Shown here one piece after another: positions 23,548 to 35,520 of a stretch of 64,000 bases of DNA (position 1 is the first letter of the stretch; each line of letters starts with the position of its first letter). The stretch covers positions 29,140,001 to 29,204,000 of the forward strand of contig NC_073387.1 of the NCBI RefSeq assembly GCF_028641065.1, in the 5' to 3' direction. The translations under genes and the position numbers were made by a program. The notes beneath the pieces are model-generated. The model worked only from the letters and a program-made list of their open reading frames with translations. It was not told the origin of the DNA and made no database searches. The stretch is from Leucoraja erinacea (Eukaryota).

Positions 23548-25004
23548 GGAGGGAGGCCTCCTTCCGCTGGGCGGGGTGTGGGAGGAGGAGGCGGTGCTGT
23601 CGCGGCCGCTGTTGCCGCTGTTCGGGGCCCGTCATTCGCTCCGACCCTTCGTCACCCTGCACCCAGTATCTTTGCCCCGCAATCAAAGATGCTAGAGGAA
23701 TACAGCCGCCGACACGAAACGTCACGTTCCTATTCTCCAGTGCTGCTGCCTGAGCTGCGGAGTTACTCCAGTTTTTGTTTCTATCGGTATAAACCAGTAT
23801 TTTCTTGCCAAGCCGGGCAAAATGAGTCGGCGTTTAGGTTGCCCGGCGGCACTTTGGGTGGTCAATGGCACCCGGGCAACCGCTAATTTCGAGCCCTGCA
23901 GGTATAGCAGGCAGTGAAGAAAGCGAATGGCATGCTGGCCTTTATAACAAGAGGAATCGAATATAGAAGCAAAGAGGTCCTTCTGCAGTTGTACAGAGCC
24001 CTAGTGAGACCACACCTGGAGTATTGTGTGCAGTTTTGGTCCCCTAATTTGAGGAAGGACATTCTTGCTATTGAGGGAGTGCAGCGTGGGTTTATAAGGT
24101 TAATTCCCAGGATGGCGGGACTGTCATATGCTGAGAGAATGGAGCAGCTGGGCTTGTACACTCTGGAGTTTAGAAGGATGACAGGATATCTCATTGAAAC
24201 ATGTAAGATTGTTAAGGGCTTGGACACGCTAGAGGCAGGAAACATGTTCCCGATGTTGGGGGAGTCCAGAACCAGGGGCCACAGTTTAAGAATAAGGAAT
24301 AAGCCATTTAGAACGTAGACGAGGAAACACTTTTTCTCACAGAGTGGTGAGTGTGGAATTCTCTGGAGGCAGGTTCTCTGGATGCTTTCAAGAGAGAGCT
24401 AGATAGGGCTTAAAAATATCGGAGTCAGGGGATATGGGGAGAAGGCAGGAACGGGGTACTGATTGGGGATGATCAGCCATGATCACATTGAATGGCGGTG
24501 CTGGCTCGAAGGGCCAAATGGCCTACTCCTGCACCTATTGTCTATTTTTTCTTATGAAGAATTTATCTGATGGTAACAGGTTGAATGATTGAATAAATTG
24601 CTTTAACAGCCAACAACAATGAGCAAATAAATGATTATGCAAGATTTGAAAATATACTGTTTGGCATGGTCATTTACATTCTCATTACAGTTCTCCTTCA
24701 AGTAAAATAGAGACACAAGACTGTGGATGCTGGAATCTTGAGCAAAATACAAACTACTAATAAAGGTCATGCAGCATCTGTAGGGGGGAATGAATGGACA
24801 ATGTATTGGAACTCCCCCCACTTCAGACTGATGGAGTGGAAATGCGATAGCTAGTAGAAATGGGAAAGGGTGAGTAAATGCCTGCAGTTTATGTGGATTA
24901 GTTAAAGAGGGGTGGATTAGTTGGAGAGTAGTTGATTGGCAGATGGGTCAGGTGAGGGAGAGAAGGGTGGAGAATGAAATTAAAGCTAAGGTGACAAGTG
25001 AACC

Positions 25005-25225
25005 ATAGAATATAGAAAAGTGCAGCACAGGTACAGCCCCTTCAGTCCAAATGTCTGTGACGCACTTGATGCTAAGACCAACTGCCATCTGTCTGCACAT
25101 AATCCATATCCTTGCTTATCAATATACCTATCCAAAAGTCTCTTGAATGCCATTTTCATATTTGTCTCAATCGCCACCCCTGACAGTGTCTTTCAGGCAC
25201 TCACCACCCTCTGTGGGGGAAAAAA
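25005..25225 (-). mobile_element. CR1-like LINE 3' tail fragment
   Basis: catagaatatagaaaagtgcagcacagg.acag.cccttcag.cca...caggcactcaccaccctctgtg. Confidence 0.6.
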
Positions 25226-26092
25226 AAAGAAATCAGTAAATATATTATGTGTATGGATTTTATGTTCTACGTATCACCCACGGCTTTGGTTTCCATCTTT
25301 ACTCTTCTCCTCCACCTGACAACCCCTCCTTACCTGGCTCAGCCTTTCACTTACCTGGTATTGTCCTATCATTTCCGCTAGGCACATGCTGTCAAGGTAG
25401 GCAGTGCCAAATTATAAAAAGGTAATTATTAAATATAAATAGTAAAGATTTCCAATTCATTTACTAAATTCAGTATTTATTATTAAATGGTTATTATTTT
25501 AATAATTTATCTTAGGTAGGCATAATTCTCCTGTGCCCTTTCATCCGACTATGTTCAACTCGTGTGCAGTGGACACTGCTTCATGCCTTCACTTACAATG
25601 GGCAATAAAGGCAGCTGAAATTCTGCCTGCACTGTGGACTGCTCGTAAGGTGCGCAAGCCCACAGGAGAGACCAATCTGCGCATGCGCGTTTTTTAAGAT
25701 TTTTAAAAGTCGACTGACTGCCTACAGGACCGATCTGCGCATGCGCGGTGTTTATGATTTTTCTGAGCACACACCGTTTGCACGATTTTCTGCGCCTGCG
25801 CGGATTTTTACGAATTTTAAAAATCGACTGACTGCCTCGGCATGTGCCTGATTTCCACATACCTCTTTCTACCCGCTATCTCTCCTCTACTGCATCCATG
25901 TGAAGAACAGTCCTGCTCCAAACTGGCCATTTCCCTCCACACATGCTATCTGACCCACTGTCCTTTCCCCAGCTCTTTTTTGCTTATGATTCCAGCAACT
26001 GCTTTGAACTTGTTTGAACTTTTCATTCAGTGAAATACAGCAACCCCTTTGCCAGAGTTTATAAAAGCTACCGCAGGAATAAATAGTGATTA

Positions 26093-27098
26093 CTAGACCA
26101 AGTGCAGACCCGCTGGGTCTGTTCCCCCAACGTGCGGTTGTGGGGGGGAGGCGGCATGCAGCGTCCCACACACTAACTACCCCCCCCACGCACACACGAT
26201 AATTACCCCCTTTGATATATTAATATTATTAATTTGCTCATTTAACTCCATAACCACCCTATCTGCTGACGCATAACCCCCAACTTGCAGTCACGTCTAG
26301 AGAGGGGGGGCGGGGGTAGAGAGTGAGGGCAGAGAGAGAATGGGCAGAGACAGAGAGAGGGGGGCAAGAGGGAGAGGAGGGTGGAGGGGAGGAGAAGAGG
26401 GACGGTGGGTGAGGGGGGGGGAAAGAGGGGGAGAGAGGGGGGGGGGGGGGGGGGGGGAAGGGGTGGGGAGGGGATTGAGGGGGGAGGGGGGGGGAGAAAG
26501 GGGGTGCTGAGTGAGGGGGGGAGAGAGAGGGGTGCTGAGGGGGGAGGGGGGAGAGGTGGGGAGCAAGGAGGGTGGAGTGAAGGCGGTAGGGGGTAGGGGG
26601 GGTGTGGAGGGGAGGGTGGGTTTAGGGGAGGGGAAGTAAAAGAGGGGGGGGAGAGAGAGAGAGAGTGCTTTTTTACTTCAATCCAAACCCCCCAAACAAC
26701 CATTTGCAGGCAGTGCCTTTTTACTTCAAACCAACCATATTTTCATTTTCAAACCGCATTAAGGGCACTCACAGTTGAGTAGAGATGTGTTCAGTGTTAT
26801 TCAGAGCTCAGAGAGACGTGACCTCCATCTTGCAGAGACTGAGTGAGATACAACACTTCCTAGTTTTATAATCCCACCCCCTCCCTCCAGCAGGGGCAGC
26901 AGAAAGAATGGTGAATTTTTTTTAAACATTAATGAGTCTCTGATTTTTCATCGATGGGAAAAATCCTCTGGTCCAGGAAGTCAGACGTGGGCTCTGAGTG
27001 AGGTGGACAAAAATGACGGCCGTAGGCGGCGGCGTTCTTTCGGAAATCGCAGCACAGTGGGCCAAAAGTGGTCAAGATCAGACTTTTAGTAATATAGA
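26093..27098 (-). mobile_element. Non-autonomous Helitron, copy 1
   Basis: Minus strand A|TCTATATTACTAAAAG ... CTAG|T; 7-bp-stem hairpin CAGACCC-GCT-GGGTCTG at 26105-26121 next to the CTAG end; no TSD. Confidence 0.8.
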
Positions 27099-27687
27099 TA
27101 CTAATATTTAAAATATTTATTCTAATTGCATCACCTTTATTAAACAATGTATAATGCCTAACCTAGTCAATTCCTGATTACCTCACTGTTCCATTGTTTT
27201 GTACATTGGGCTCTAGGATAATCCATCGTGATGAGTATTGATAAGTGATGTCAAAGAAGGTTATGACAGTCAATCTTATTCAATTGGAAAGACTTAAAAT
27301 CCTCCTTGGGTGCAAATTCGTTCTAACTGAGATTCTAATACCATTAGCATACAAATGAATATGATCAGTGATTGTTGCGTCTAGTATAAACATTTGCATT
27401 ATTTGTTATATTGAATAAATTGGAACAAGCCTGATACTGTATCATGTGATTCCCTTTTTAGCCCCGAGTAAGGTAAGACTTGAAGAAATAAATTTAAGTT
27501 ACCTGAAATGTTTTATTTTTGGAGGGCAACATATTTACTTACGAAAGACCAATGAGCTCTGATTGCATTTTGAGGGTTACTACAAAGCAAGTAGAGGAGT
27601 TATTATTTTGTCAAACATTGGATGCTGCAATCTCATTTTGAAATTTCGATGAGTTTGTCCATTTTCACTTAGAATTTTATCAACTTA

Positions 27688-30451
27688 CTAGACCGTTGGC
27701 CTTGTGCCCCAAGGCAATATTCCAACACTGACCCATAGCCCCCAACTGCGCAGGCGCGGTTGACGGGTTCCCGTTGTGACGCCAGAGATCCCCGTTGTGA
27801 CGCGAGTGAAGGCAACCCTCCCCAAACTGCGCTGGCGCGGCCGGCAAGTGGGAGCGTGACTGCAACGTTATTAATGTTCAAAATGGCAATAACCTGTAAA
27901 ATATAAGATCACTGTGAATTCATCTCACTCTCCCTCTTCAGTCCCCTATTCCCCTCCTTCATTATCCTCCCTCTCCCCACCCTCCACCAATCCTCATCTG
28001 CTTCCTCCACACCCTCCCTCCCCTCCTCACTCTTCCCCCTCCGCTCTTCCATTACCTTGCCATCCCTCTTCCTACCCCTATTCTCCTCCATCCCCCCTCA
28101 TCCCCCAAGACTCCCTCACCCTCCCTCTTCTTTCCCCTCTACTCCTTCCCTCACCTCTCCCTCCCTCTCCTTTCCCATACCCTCAGTCACTCCCTCCCTC
28201 CCTACATAACCCCCTCCCTCCCTACATAACCCCCTCTTCCTCCCTACCCCCCCTCCTCTCCTCCATCTCCCCCCCCACTCCCCCACCTCCTCACCTCCCC
28301 CTATACCACCCCCCACTCTCCCTCCTCACCTCCCCCACTGCCCTCCTCTTCTTCTATCCTCCACTCCCTACTTCCCCACTCCTCACCTCCCTCCTATCCT
28401 CCCCCCCCCCCACAATGAAAGTCGCGATAAAAAACAATTCTCAATGAAAATCATGTTTTTTCTTTAAAATAACCTAAACACAATGTTAGCTGTTAATGAA
28501 AACGGAAGAATTTGATTAAAACGTAGTTTTATTGAAAACTGCGCTTTTTTATGTAAATGAGATTCGTAATCCTATTTTGACGTCATTGTAACGCGCCTGA
28601 CGGGCATGGCAAGTGGAAAAGTGGTTTGAAAAGTGATTCATGTAAATTTTAAGCTAGACTAAAATGCTGGAGAAACTCAGCGGGTGAGGCAGCATCGATG
28701 AAGCGAAGGAATGGGTGACGTTCCGGGTCAAAACCTTCAGACTGATGAGGGGATAGGGGGGGCGATAAGAAGAAAGGAAGAGGCAGAAACAATGGGCTGT
28801 GGGAGAGCTGGGAAGGGGAGGGGAAAGAGGGAGAAAGCAAGGAATACCTGAAATTGTAGAAGTCAATGTTCATACCGCTAGGAAATTAAATACGAGGTGC
28901 TGCTCCTCCAATTTACGGTGGGTCTTACTCTGGCCATGGAGGAGGCCCAGGACAGAAAGGTCGGATTCGGAATGGGAGGGGGAGTTGAAGTGCTGAGCCA
29001 CCAGGAGATCAGGTTGGTTATTGTGAACTGAGTGGAGGTATTGGGCGAAGCGATCGCCAAGCCTACGCTTGGTCTCACCGATGCTGAGCAGCTGACACCT
29101 AGAGCAGCGGATGCAATAGATGAGGTTGGAAGAGGTGCAGATGAACCTCTGCCGCACCTGGAAAGACTGCTTAGGTCCTTGGATGGAGTCAACGGAGGAG
29201 ATAAAGTGATAAGTGTAGCATTTCCTGTGGTTGCAAGGGAAAGTACCAGGGAAGGGGTGGTTTGGGTGGGAAGGGAAGAATTGACCAGGGAGTTACGGAG
29301 GGAGCAGTCACTGCGGAAAGACAGAGGAGGAGATGGGAAGATGTGGCCAGCAGTGGGATCCCATTGGAGGTGGCAAAAATGTTGGAGGATTATCTATGTA
29401 TGTGACGGCTGGTAGGGTGGAAGGTGAGGACAAGGGGGACTCTGCCCTTGTTACGAGTGGAGGGGGATGGGGAGTGAGAGCACAGTTACAGGGTATACAA
29501 GAGACTGGTGAGAGCCTCATCTATAGTCGAAGAGGGGAACCTCCGTTCCCTGAAGAATGAGGACATCTCCGATGCCCTGGTTTGGAACACCTCATCCTGG
29601 GTGCATATGCGGCGTAGATGGACGAATTAGGAGTAGGGGATAGAGTCCTTACAGGAGGCAGGGTGGGAAGAAGTGTAGTCCAGATAGCCATGGAAGTCGG
29701 TAGGTTTATAGTAGATGTCGGTCAGAAGTCTGTTGCCTGCGATGGAGAGAGTGAGGTCCAGAATCGTTAGGGAGATGTCGGAAATGGTCCAGGTGAATTT
29801 GAATGCCGGATGGAAGTTCGTATTGAAATGGATGAAGTCAGTGAGTTCTGCATGGGCGCGGGCGGTAGCACCAATGCAGTTGTCGATGTAGCGGAGGTAG
29901 AGTTCGGATATAGTGCCCCGGTACACCTCGAACAAAGATTGTTCGACGTACCCTACAAAGAGGCAGGTATAGCTGGGGCCTATGCATGTGCCTTGGATTT
30001 GGAGGAAATGGGAGGAGTTAAACGAAAAGTTGTTGAGGGTGAGGAGAAGTATCGGTAGATGGAGGAGGAGAGTATCGGTAGATGGGGTTGGTTCTGCGGT
30101 CGAGGAAGAGTATCAGTAGTTGGTTCTGCGGTCGAGGAAGAAACGGAGGGCTTTAAGACCCTCCTGGTGGGGGATGGAGGTGTAGAGTGACTGGGCATCC
30201 ATGGTGAAGATGAGGGAATGGGGGCCTACAAAACGGAAGTCATGGAGGAGATGAAGGGCATGTGAAATGTTTAAAATGTCAATAATGTAAAATATACCAT
30301 CAATCTAAACAAAATGTGGCTATTGCACACCCCAGGACAATGGTCAGTAAGGTGGGCCAATACCGTGGGCCAAATATTGTGCCGTTTTGCCGGAGTTTCC
30401 ACGATTCACTCACATACAAACAAACAAGATGAGAGTTTTAGTAAATATAAA
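27688..30451 (-). mobile_element. Non-autonomous Helitron, copy 2 (different subfamily), interrupted by a Penelope element
   Basis: CTAG|T end at 27688, hairpin GCCTTG-TGCCC-CAAGGC at 27699-27715; 5' end ttttagtaaatataaat resembles ttttagtaatatagat of copy 1. Confidence 0.7.
28652..30265 (-). mobile_element. Penelope-like retroelement (RT plus GIY-YIG), degenerate
   Basis: LYLRYIDNCIG (YIDD position), TDIYYKPTDFHGYLDYTSSHP, NLIYCIRCSRCQLLSIGETKRRLGDRF. Confidence 0.92.
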
Positions 30452-30617
30452 TATAATAATATGATAGATGGATGTATGTTTGTATGTATGTCAGGATGTC
30501 AAATCTGTTTGAAATTTGCAAACTATCTTCTAAATTGTAGATCCTGTGCTGGATGTTGAATAATTATGTTGTAAAAGCTGATTAAAATATTATTTGACAT
30601 TTTGTTTTCCTGCTCAG

Positions 30618-30654
30618 GATAATACAGAAGATGCCATATCTGATTGTACCAAAG
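30618..30654 (+). CDS. TTC1: TTC1 coding exon 4 (37 nt)
   Basis: tgctcag|DNTEDAISDCTK|gtaagt. Confidence 0.93.
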
Positions 30655-30665
30655 GTAAGTTTTAT

Positions 30666-32430
30666 AGAAACAGAGAAAATATGTGCAACAGTAGGCCATT
30701 CGGCCCATCGAGCCTGAACCGCCATTCAATACGATCATGGCTGATCATCCAACTCGGTATCCTGTACCTGCCTTCTTTCCATTGCCCGATCCCTTTAGCC
30801 ACAAGGGCCACATCTAACTCCCTCTTAAATATAGCCAATGAACTGCCTCAACTACTTTCTGTAGCAGAGAATTCCACAGATTCACCACTCTCTGTGTGAA
30901 AAAAATGTTTCTCATCTCGGTCCTAAAAGACTTCCGCCTTATCCTTAAACTGTGACCCCTTGTTCTGGACTTCCCCAACATCGGAACAATCTTCTTGCAT
31001 CTAGACTGCCCAACCCCCCCCCCACTTAAGAATTTTGTAAGTTTCTATAATGACTCCCCTCAATCTTCTAAATTCTAGCGAGCCTATCCAGTCTTTCTTC
31101 ATATGAAAGCCCTGCCATCCCAGGAATCAGTCTGGTGAACCTTCTCTGTACTCGCTCTATGGCAAGAATGTCTTTCCTCAGATTAGGAGACCAAAACTGT
31201 ATGCAATACTCCAGGTGTGGTCTCACCAAGGCCCTGTACAACTGCAGTAAATCCTCCCTGCTCCTATACGCAAATCCTTTTGCTATGAATGCTAACAGAC
31301 AATTCGCTTTCTTCACTGCCAGCTGCACCTGCATGCCTACTTTGGGTGTACCATGACACCCAGGTCTCGTTGCATCTCCCCTTTTCCTAATCAGCCACCA
31401 TTCAGATAATAGTCTACTTTCCTGTTCTTGCCACCAAAGTGGATAATCTCACATGTATCCACATTATACTGCATCTGCCATGCATTTGCCCACTCACCCA
31501 ACCTATCCAAGTCGCCTTGCAGCCACCTAGCATCCTCCTCACAGCTAACACTGCCCCTCAGCTTTGTGTCATCCGCAAACTTGGAGATGTTGTATTCAAT
31601 TCCCTCGTCCAAATCATTAATATATATTGTAAATAGCTGGGGTCCCAGCACTGAGCCTTGCGGTACCCCACTAGTCACTGCCTGCCATTCTGAAAAGGAC
31701 CCGTTTACTCTTACTCTTTGCTTCCTGTCTGCCAGTTAGTTCTCTATCCACATCAATACTGAACCCCCAATACCGTGTGCTTTAAGTTTGCATACTAATC
31801 TCTTATGTGGGACCTTGTCAAAAGCCTTCTGAAAGTCCAGATATAACACATCCATTGGTTCCCCCGTAGCCACTCTACTAGTTACATCCTCGAGAAATGC
31901 TATAAGATTCGTCAGACATGATTTACCTTTCATAAATCCATGCTGACTTTGTCCAATGATTTCACCACTTTCCAAATGTGCTGCTATCCCATCTTTAATA
32001 ACTGACTAGCAGTTTCCCCCACTACTGATGTTAGACTAACTGGTCTGTAATTCCCTGTTTTCTCTCCCTCCCTTTTTAAAAAGTGGGGTTATATTAGCTA
32101 CCCTCCAATCCTCAGGAACTACTCCAGAATCTAAAGAGTTTTGAAAAATTATCACTAATGCATCCAATATTTCTGGGGCTACTTTCTTAAGCACTCTGGG
32201 ATGCAGCCTATCTGGCCCTGGGGATTTATCGGCCTTTAATGCATTCAATTTACCTAACACCACTTCCCGACTAACCTGGATTTCACTCAGTTCCTCCATC
32301 TCATTTGACTCCCGGTCCCCTGCTATTTCCGGCAGATTATTTATGTCTTAGTGAAGACAGAACCAAAGTAGTTATCCAATTGGTCTGCCATGTCCTTGTT
32401 CCCCATGATCAATTCACCTGTTTCTGACTG
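30666..32430 (-). mobile_element. CR1-clade LINE (RT plus 3' UTR), degenerate
   Basis: GVPQGSVLGP, KFADDTK, YLDFQKAFDKVPH, RPHLEYCIQFWSP; TSD GTTTTAT at 30659-30665 / 32431-32437. Confidence 0.92.
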
Positions 32431-32602
32431 GTTTTATCTTTAGTACCCAACAAAGTATTATAGAAATTAGCTTCTGTATCTGAAATACACATCCTATGTT
32501 TAATTATTGACATTTTCATATTGTAATATGGTACTAATTTCTGAGAAACTTGATATTTTGAATAGTGGTTTACACTGTCATGTGACTTTTTTCCATTTGC
32601 AG

Positions 32603-32751
32603 CTATTGAATTAAATCCCTGTTATATGCGTGCTATACTGAGGAGGGCAGAGGTGTATGAGAAAACAGAAAAACTTGATGAAGCTCTACAGGATTATAAA
32701 ACCATTGTAGAGAAAGACCCATCAATAGTTCAAGCCAGAGAAGCCTGCATG
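32603..32751 (+). CDS. TTC1: TTC1 coding exon 5 (149 nt)
   Basis: ttgcag|(A)IELNPCYMRAILRRAEVYEKTEKLDEALQDYKTIVEKDPSIVQAREACM|gtaagt; TPR2/3. Confidence 0.96.
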
Positions 32752-33237
32752 GTAAGTATGATGTAACTGGATTTGTATTCTGGCGGAAAATTAAATGATC
32801 AACTGCTGTCAATTGATCCAATTTGCATGATATTTAAGGATAATGTGACGAGTTTCTTTTATGTGACGAGTTTCTTATTTCAAATTTGATCTCCACCTTG
32901 GCTTTACTGCATTTGTGTTTAAAGTTATATCAATATATTAGAATGTCTGTCTTCATGTATGGTAGGGAAATGAGGAACTACTCCCTGAGGATCAATCATA
33001 GAGCTGAGGAGGTTGAATCAATGAATTTATTAAGGGGCAAAGCTGTCCTGTCAGCAGCAGTCCAGAATGGGTTGGTTGTGCTCTCATTGCTAGCAAGGCA
33101 AGGCATTTATTGTCCATGAGTTCTCCGCTTTTTTATAGCAATACTTCTAACAATGAGTTTTGCGTGAAAGCTGTAGTTACAGTCTTTGGCAGCTGAGTGG
33201 CACTATATTTGCCTCAAATGCTTTATATTTTTTTATT

Positions 33238-33336
33238 CATATATCTATATTTATATGTATGTGTATATATAAATAATATAAATATATATATATAGATATA
33301 GATAAATATATATATATATATTCTTTTATTTATATA
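33238..33336. repeat. Imperfect (TA)n microsatellite
   Basis: AT-dinucleotide-rich run. Confidence 0.8.
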
Positions 33337-34166
33337 TTTTCCAATACCTTGATTTGCTCATTTAAACCCTGTAGGTTCCTTAGCCATCTGATGGACTTTT
33401 TAAATGATTTAAAAAAATTAAATGATTAAAAAATATGTAGAACATATTAAACTGGCAATAGATTTGAAATAAAGCTAAAAATACATCTACTGTGCTCATC
33501 GAGAGCATTCATATGTAATAGTGTAAAGGCAATGGCTGGAAGGAAGTCCATGTGTTCCCCTGCTCAGGATATCAATGCTCAGCAACAGAAGAGATCAGAA
33601 ACATGGGCAGAGAAGTTAGTCAGATCGGCTAATTCTCAGCAGCCAACTGGCAGCTCACTATGGAACCTCCAACTAAAGAAAAGTACATTGGGGCTCAATG
33701 CTTTTCATCACGATGGTCTAAATTCTTTTTTAAAGGAAATCTGAATGTTTGAAACAAATTGTCTTAGCTGTTTTGTTAACAGTTTGAAGAGATAAATGTT
33801 AGTAGTGACAAGGTTCAATTTTATTCTGGCATGATCTTGTTAACGCATACTGCATTTTTAAAGTTGTTAATTCTGTTTTTGTGAAACAGTGATGCTTTGC
33901 TATTGAATTGTAAATAATATCAAATGTATCACTAAGATATACGAACCTATTATTTTAGTAATCTTGACGAAATTGGATAAAAGAGATGGTGGGAGAGGTG
34001 AGTGAAATTGAGAAATTGGACCATAGGCACTTTTAGTGCAAACTGAGTTTCCAAAGTGGAAACTTGCAGTATGTTTGGAAAGTTAAGAGTGTATTTAGTG
34101 TTGGAGAGTTGCGAGAAGGAGTGTGAGTGTATGTTCCTAGAGGTAATTGGTAATTGGTTGGGAAAA

Positions 34167-35092
34167 GAATAGAATAGAATAGTTTCTTTATTGTCATTGT
34201 AACATGGGCCATGTACAACGAAATTTAAAATGTCAGCCAGTCAGTGCAGCATTCAAACATTTCTAAAGCTAACGAAACATCCACGGTAAAATAATAAAGA
34301 TAAGCAAATAAATAAATATCACAGACAAAGCACGCATACACACCCAACCCTCCATCCTTCTGTCGATTTCACCGTTACCACAGTCCCTTAGTCTGTATCG
34401 CCCCTGCGTTCCTTGGCGGCTACATTTAGTGCTTTTATAGCAGTGGGGTAAAAACTGTTTTTTAGTCTATTTGTCCTTGTCCTTGTGGATCTGTACCGTC
34501 TGCCTGACGGCAACAGTTCAAACAGGGAGTGTCCGGGGTGGGAGATGTCCTTTATTATATTCTGGGTTTTTTTGGTGCAGCGGGAACTGTGTAGGTCATC
34601 TCCAAGGTAAGGAGAGGGCAGCCGACAATCCTCTGGGCGTTGTCAATGGCCCTCTGGAGCGCTTTCCTCTGAGCCGCTGTGCAGCTGGTGTACCACACGC
34701 ATACACAGTATGTTAGTATGCTCTCAATGGAGCACCGATAAAGGACAGCAGCAGCCTCTGAGTGATGTTGTTCTTCCTGAGCACCCTCAGGAAGTGCAGT
34801 CTCTGCTGGACCTTTTTCAGCAGCGCAGTGGTGTTCACGCTCCACGTCAGGTCCTCCTCAATGTGGATTCCCAGGAAGCGGAAATCCGCCACCCTCTCTA
34901 CACAGTCCCCTCTGATGGTCAGTGGTACCATGTCCGTTTTGTTTTTCCTGAAGTCTATTATTACCTCCTTCGTCTTTGAGGTGTTGAGGAGCAGGTTATT
35001 TTCTTCGCACCACACTGTCAGCTGCTTCACCTCATCCCGGTAGGCGTACTCGTCCCCCCCGGAGATGAGTCCCACCACTGTAGTGTCATCAA
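34167..35092 (-). mobile_element. Rex1/Babar-clade LINE 3' portion
   Basis: DDTTVVGLISGGDE.AYRDEV..L..WC..NNL.LN.SKTKE..IDFRK...RFLGIHIEEDLTWS; AATAAA followed by a (CTATT)n tail. Confidence 0.85.
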
Positions 35093-35139
35093 AAGAGGCA
35101 CTAAAGGTCACATTTTTTTCGCAGTCCTACCCTAATGCA

Positions 35140-35520
35140 GCTTAAAAGAAAGAACAGTTAATATCAAGTGTTCTTCACAATCTCAGCATATTGCAAATAT
35201 TTTGCATCCTATAGAAAGCATAACTAGTGAACCTGCAATCTCTTGTGAGCAGCAATATAATATTAGCTAGATAATCTATTTTAAGATATTAATTGAGGGC
35301 TGAATAATACCAGATGTCCAGAGAGCATGTTCTGTTCCTCTTTTAAAATTGTACTGTTGGATCATTTGCTCAACATCAGGGAGAATGAGACCTTGGTTTC
35401 ATGTCTCATTCAGAATGTGGTACCTTTGTCAGTGTAACTCTCAGCCCAGATTTTTCTGTTCAAGCCCCTGGCATGAGACTTTTTGAGATATGGAGTGATG
35501 CCAATTGAACGACAGCTGAC
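35140..35520 (-). mobile_element. Old Deu-domain SINE (SacSINE1/AmnSINE1-like)
   Basis: 35360-35440 resembles the Deu core as I recall it (ggatc.ttt....ca.c....gagg....cct.ggtttaacgtctcatccgaa...ggcacct...cagtg). Confidence 0.5.

Larger units (their letters stand above)
21140..23898. mobile_element. Composite non-autonomous TIR DNA transposon, copy 1 (hAT-like termini)
   Basis: Termini CAGGGCTC...GAGCCCTG; subterminal GCCCGG/CCGGGCAAC motifs; flanks CAAGT / CAGGT (5-bp TSD, 1 mismatch); colinear with 36810-39909. Confidence 0.85.
19880..24545 (+). mobile_element. CR1-clade LINE (5'-truncated ORF2 RT plus 3' UTR), split by a DNA transposon at 21140-23898
   Basis: KSPGPDGLHPRVLKE, NYRPVSLTS, QHGF, YLDFQKAFDKVPH, GVPQ, RPHLEYCVQFWSP; the sequence resumes in register after 23898. 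Confidence 0.92.

Noticed and set aside
23164-23886. 240-aa ORF and overlapping ORFs
   Set aside because: Low-complexity GA/GC-rich interior of the composite transposon; the frame is not preserved in copy 2 and there is no recognisable domain.
26242-28447. Pro-rich and Gly-rich ORFs
   Set aside because: Translations of G- and C-rich low-complexity tracts inside the Helitrons.
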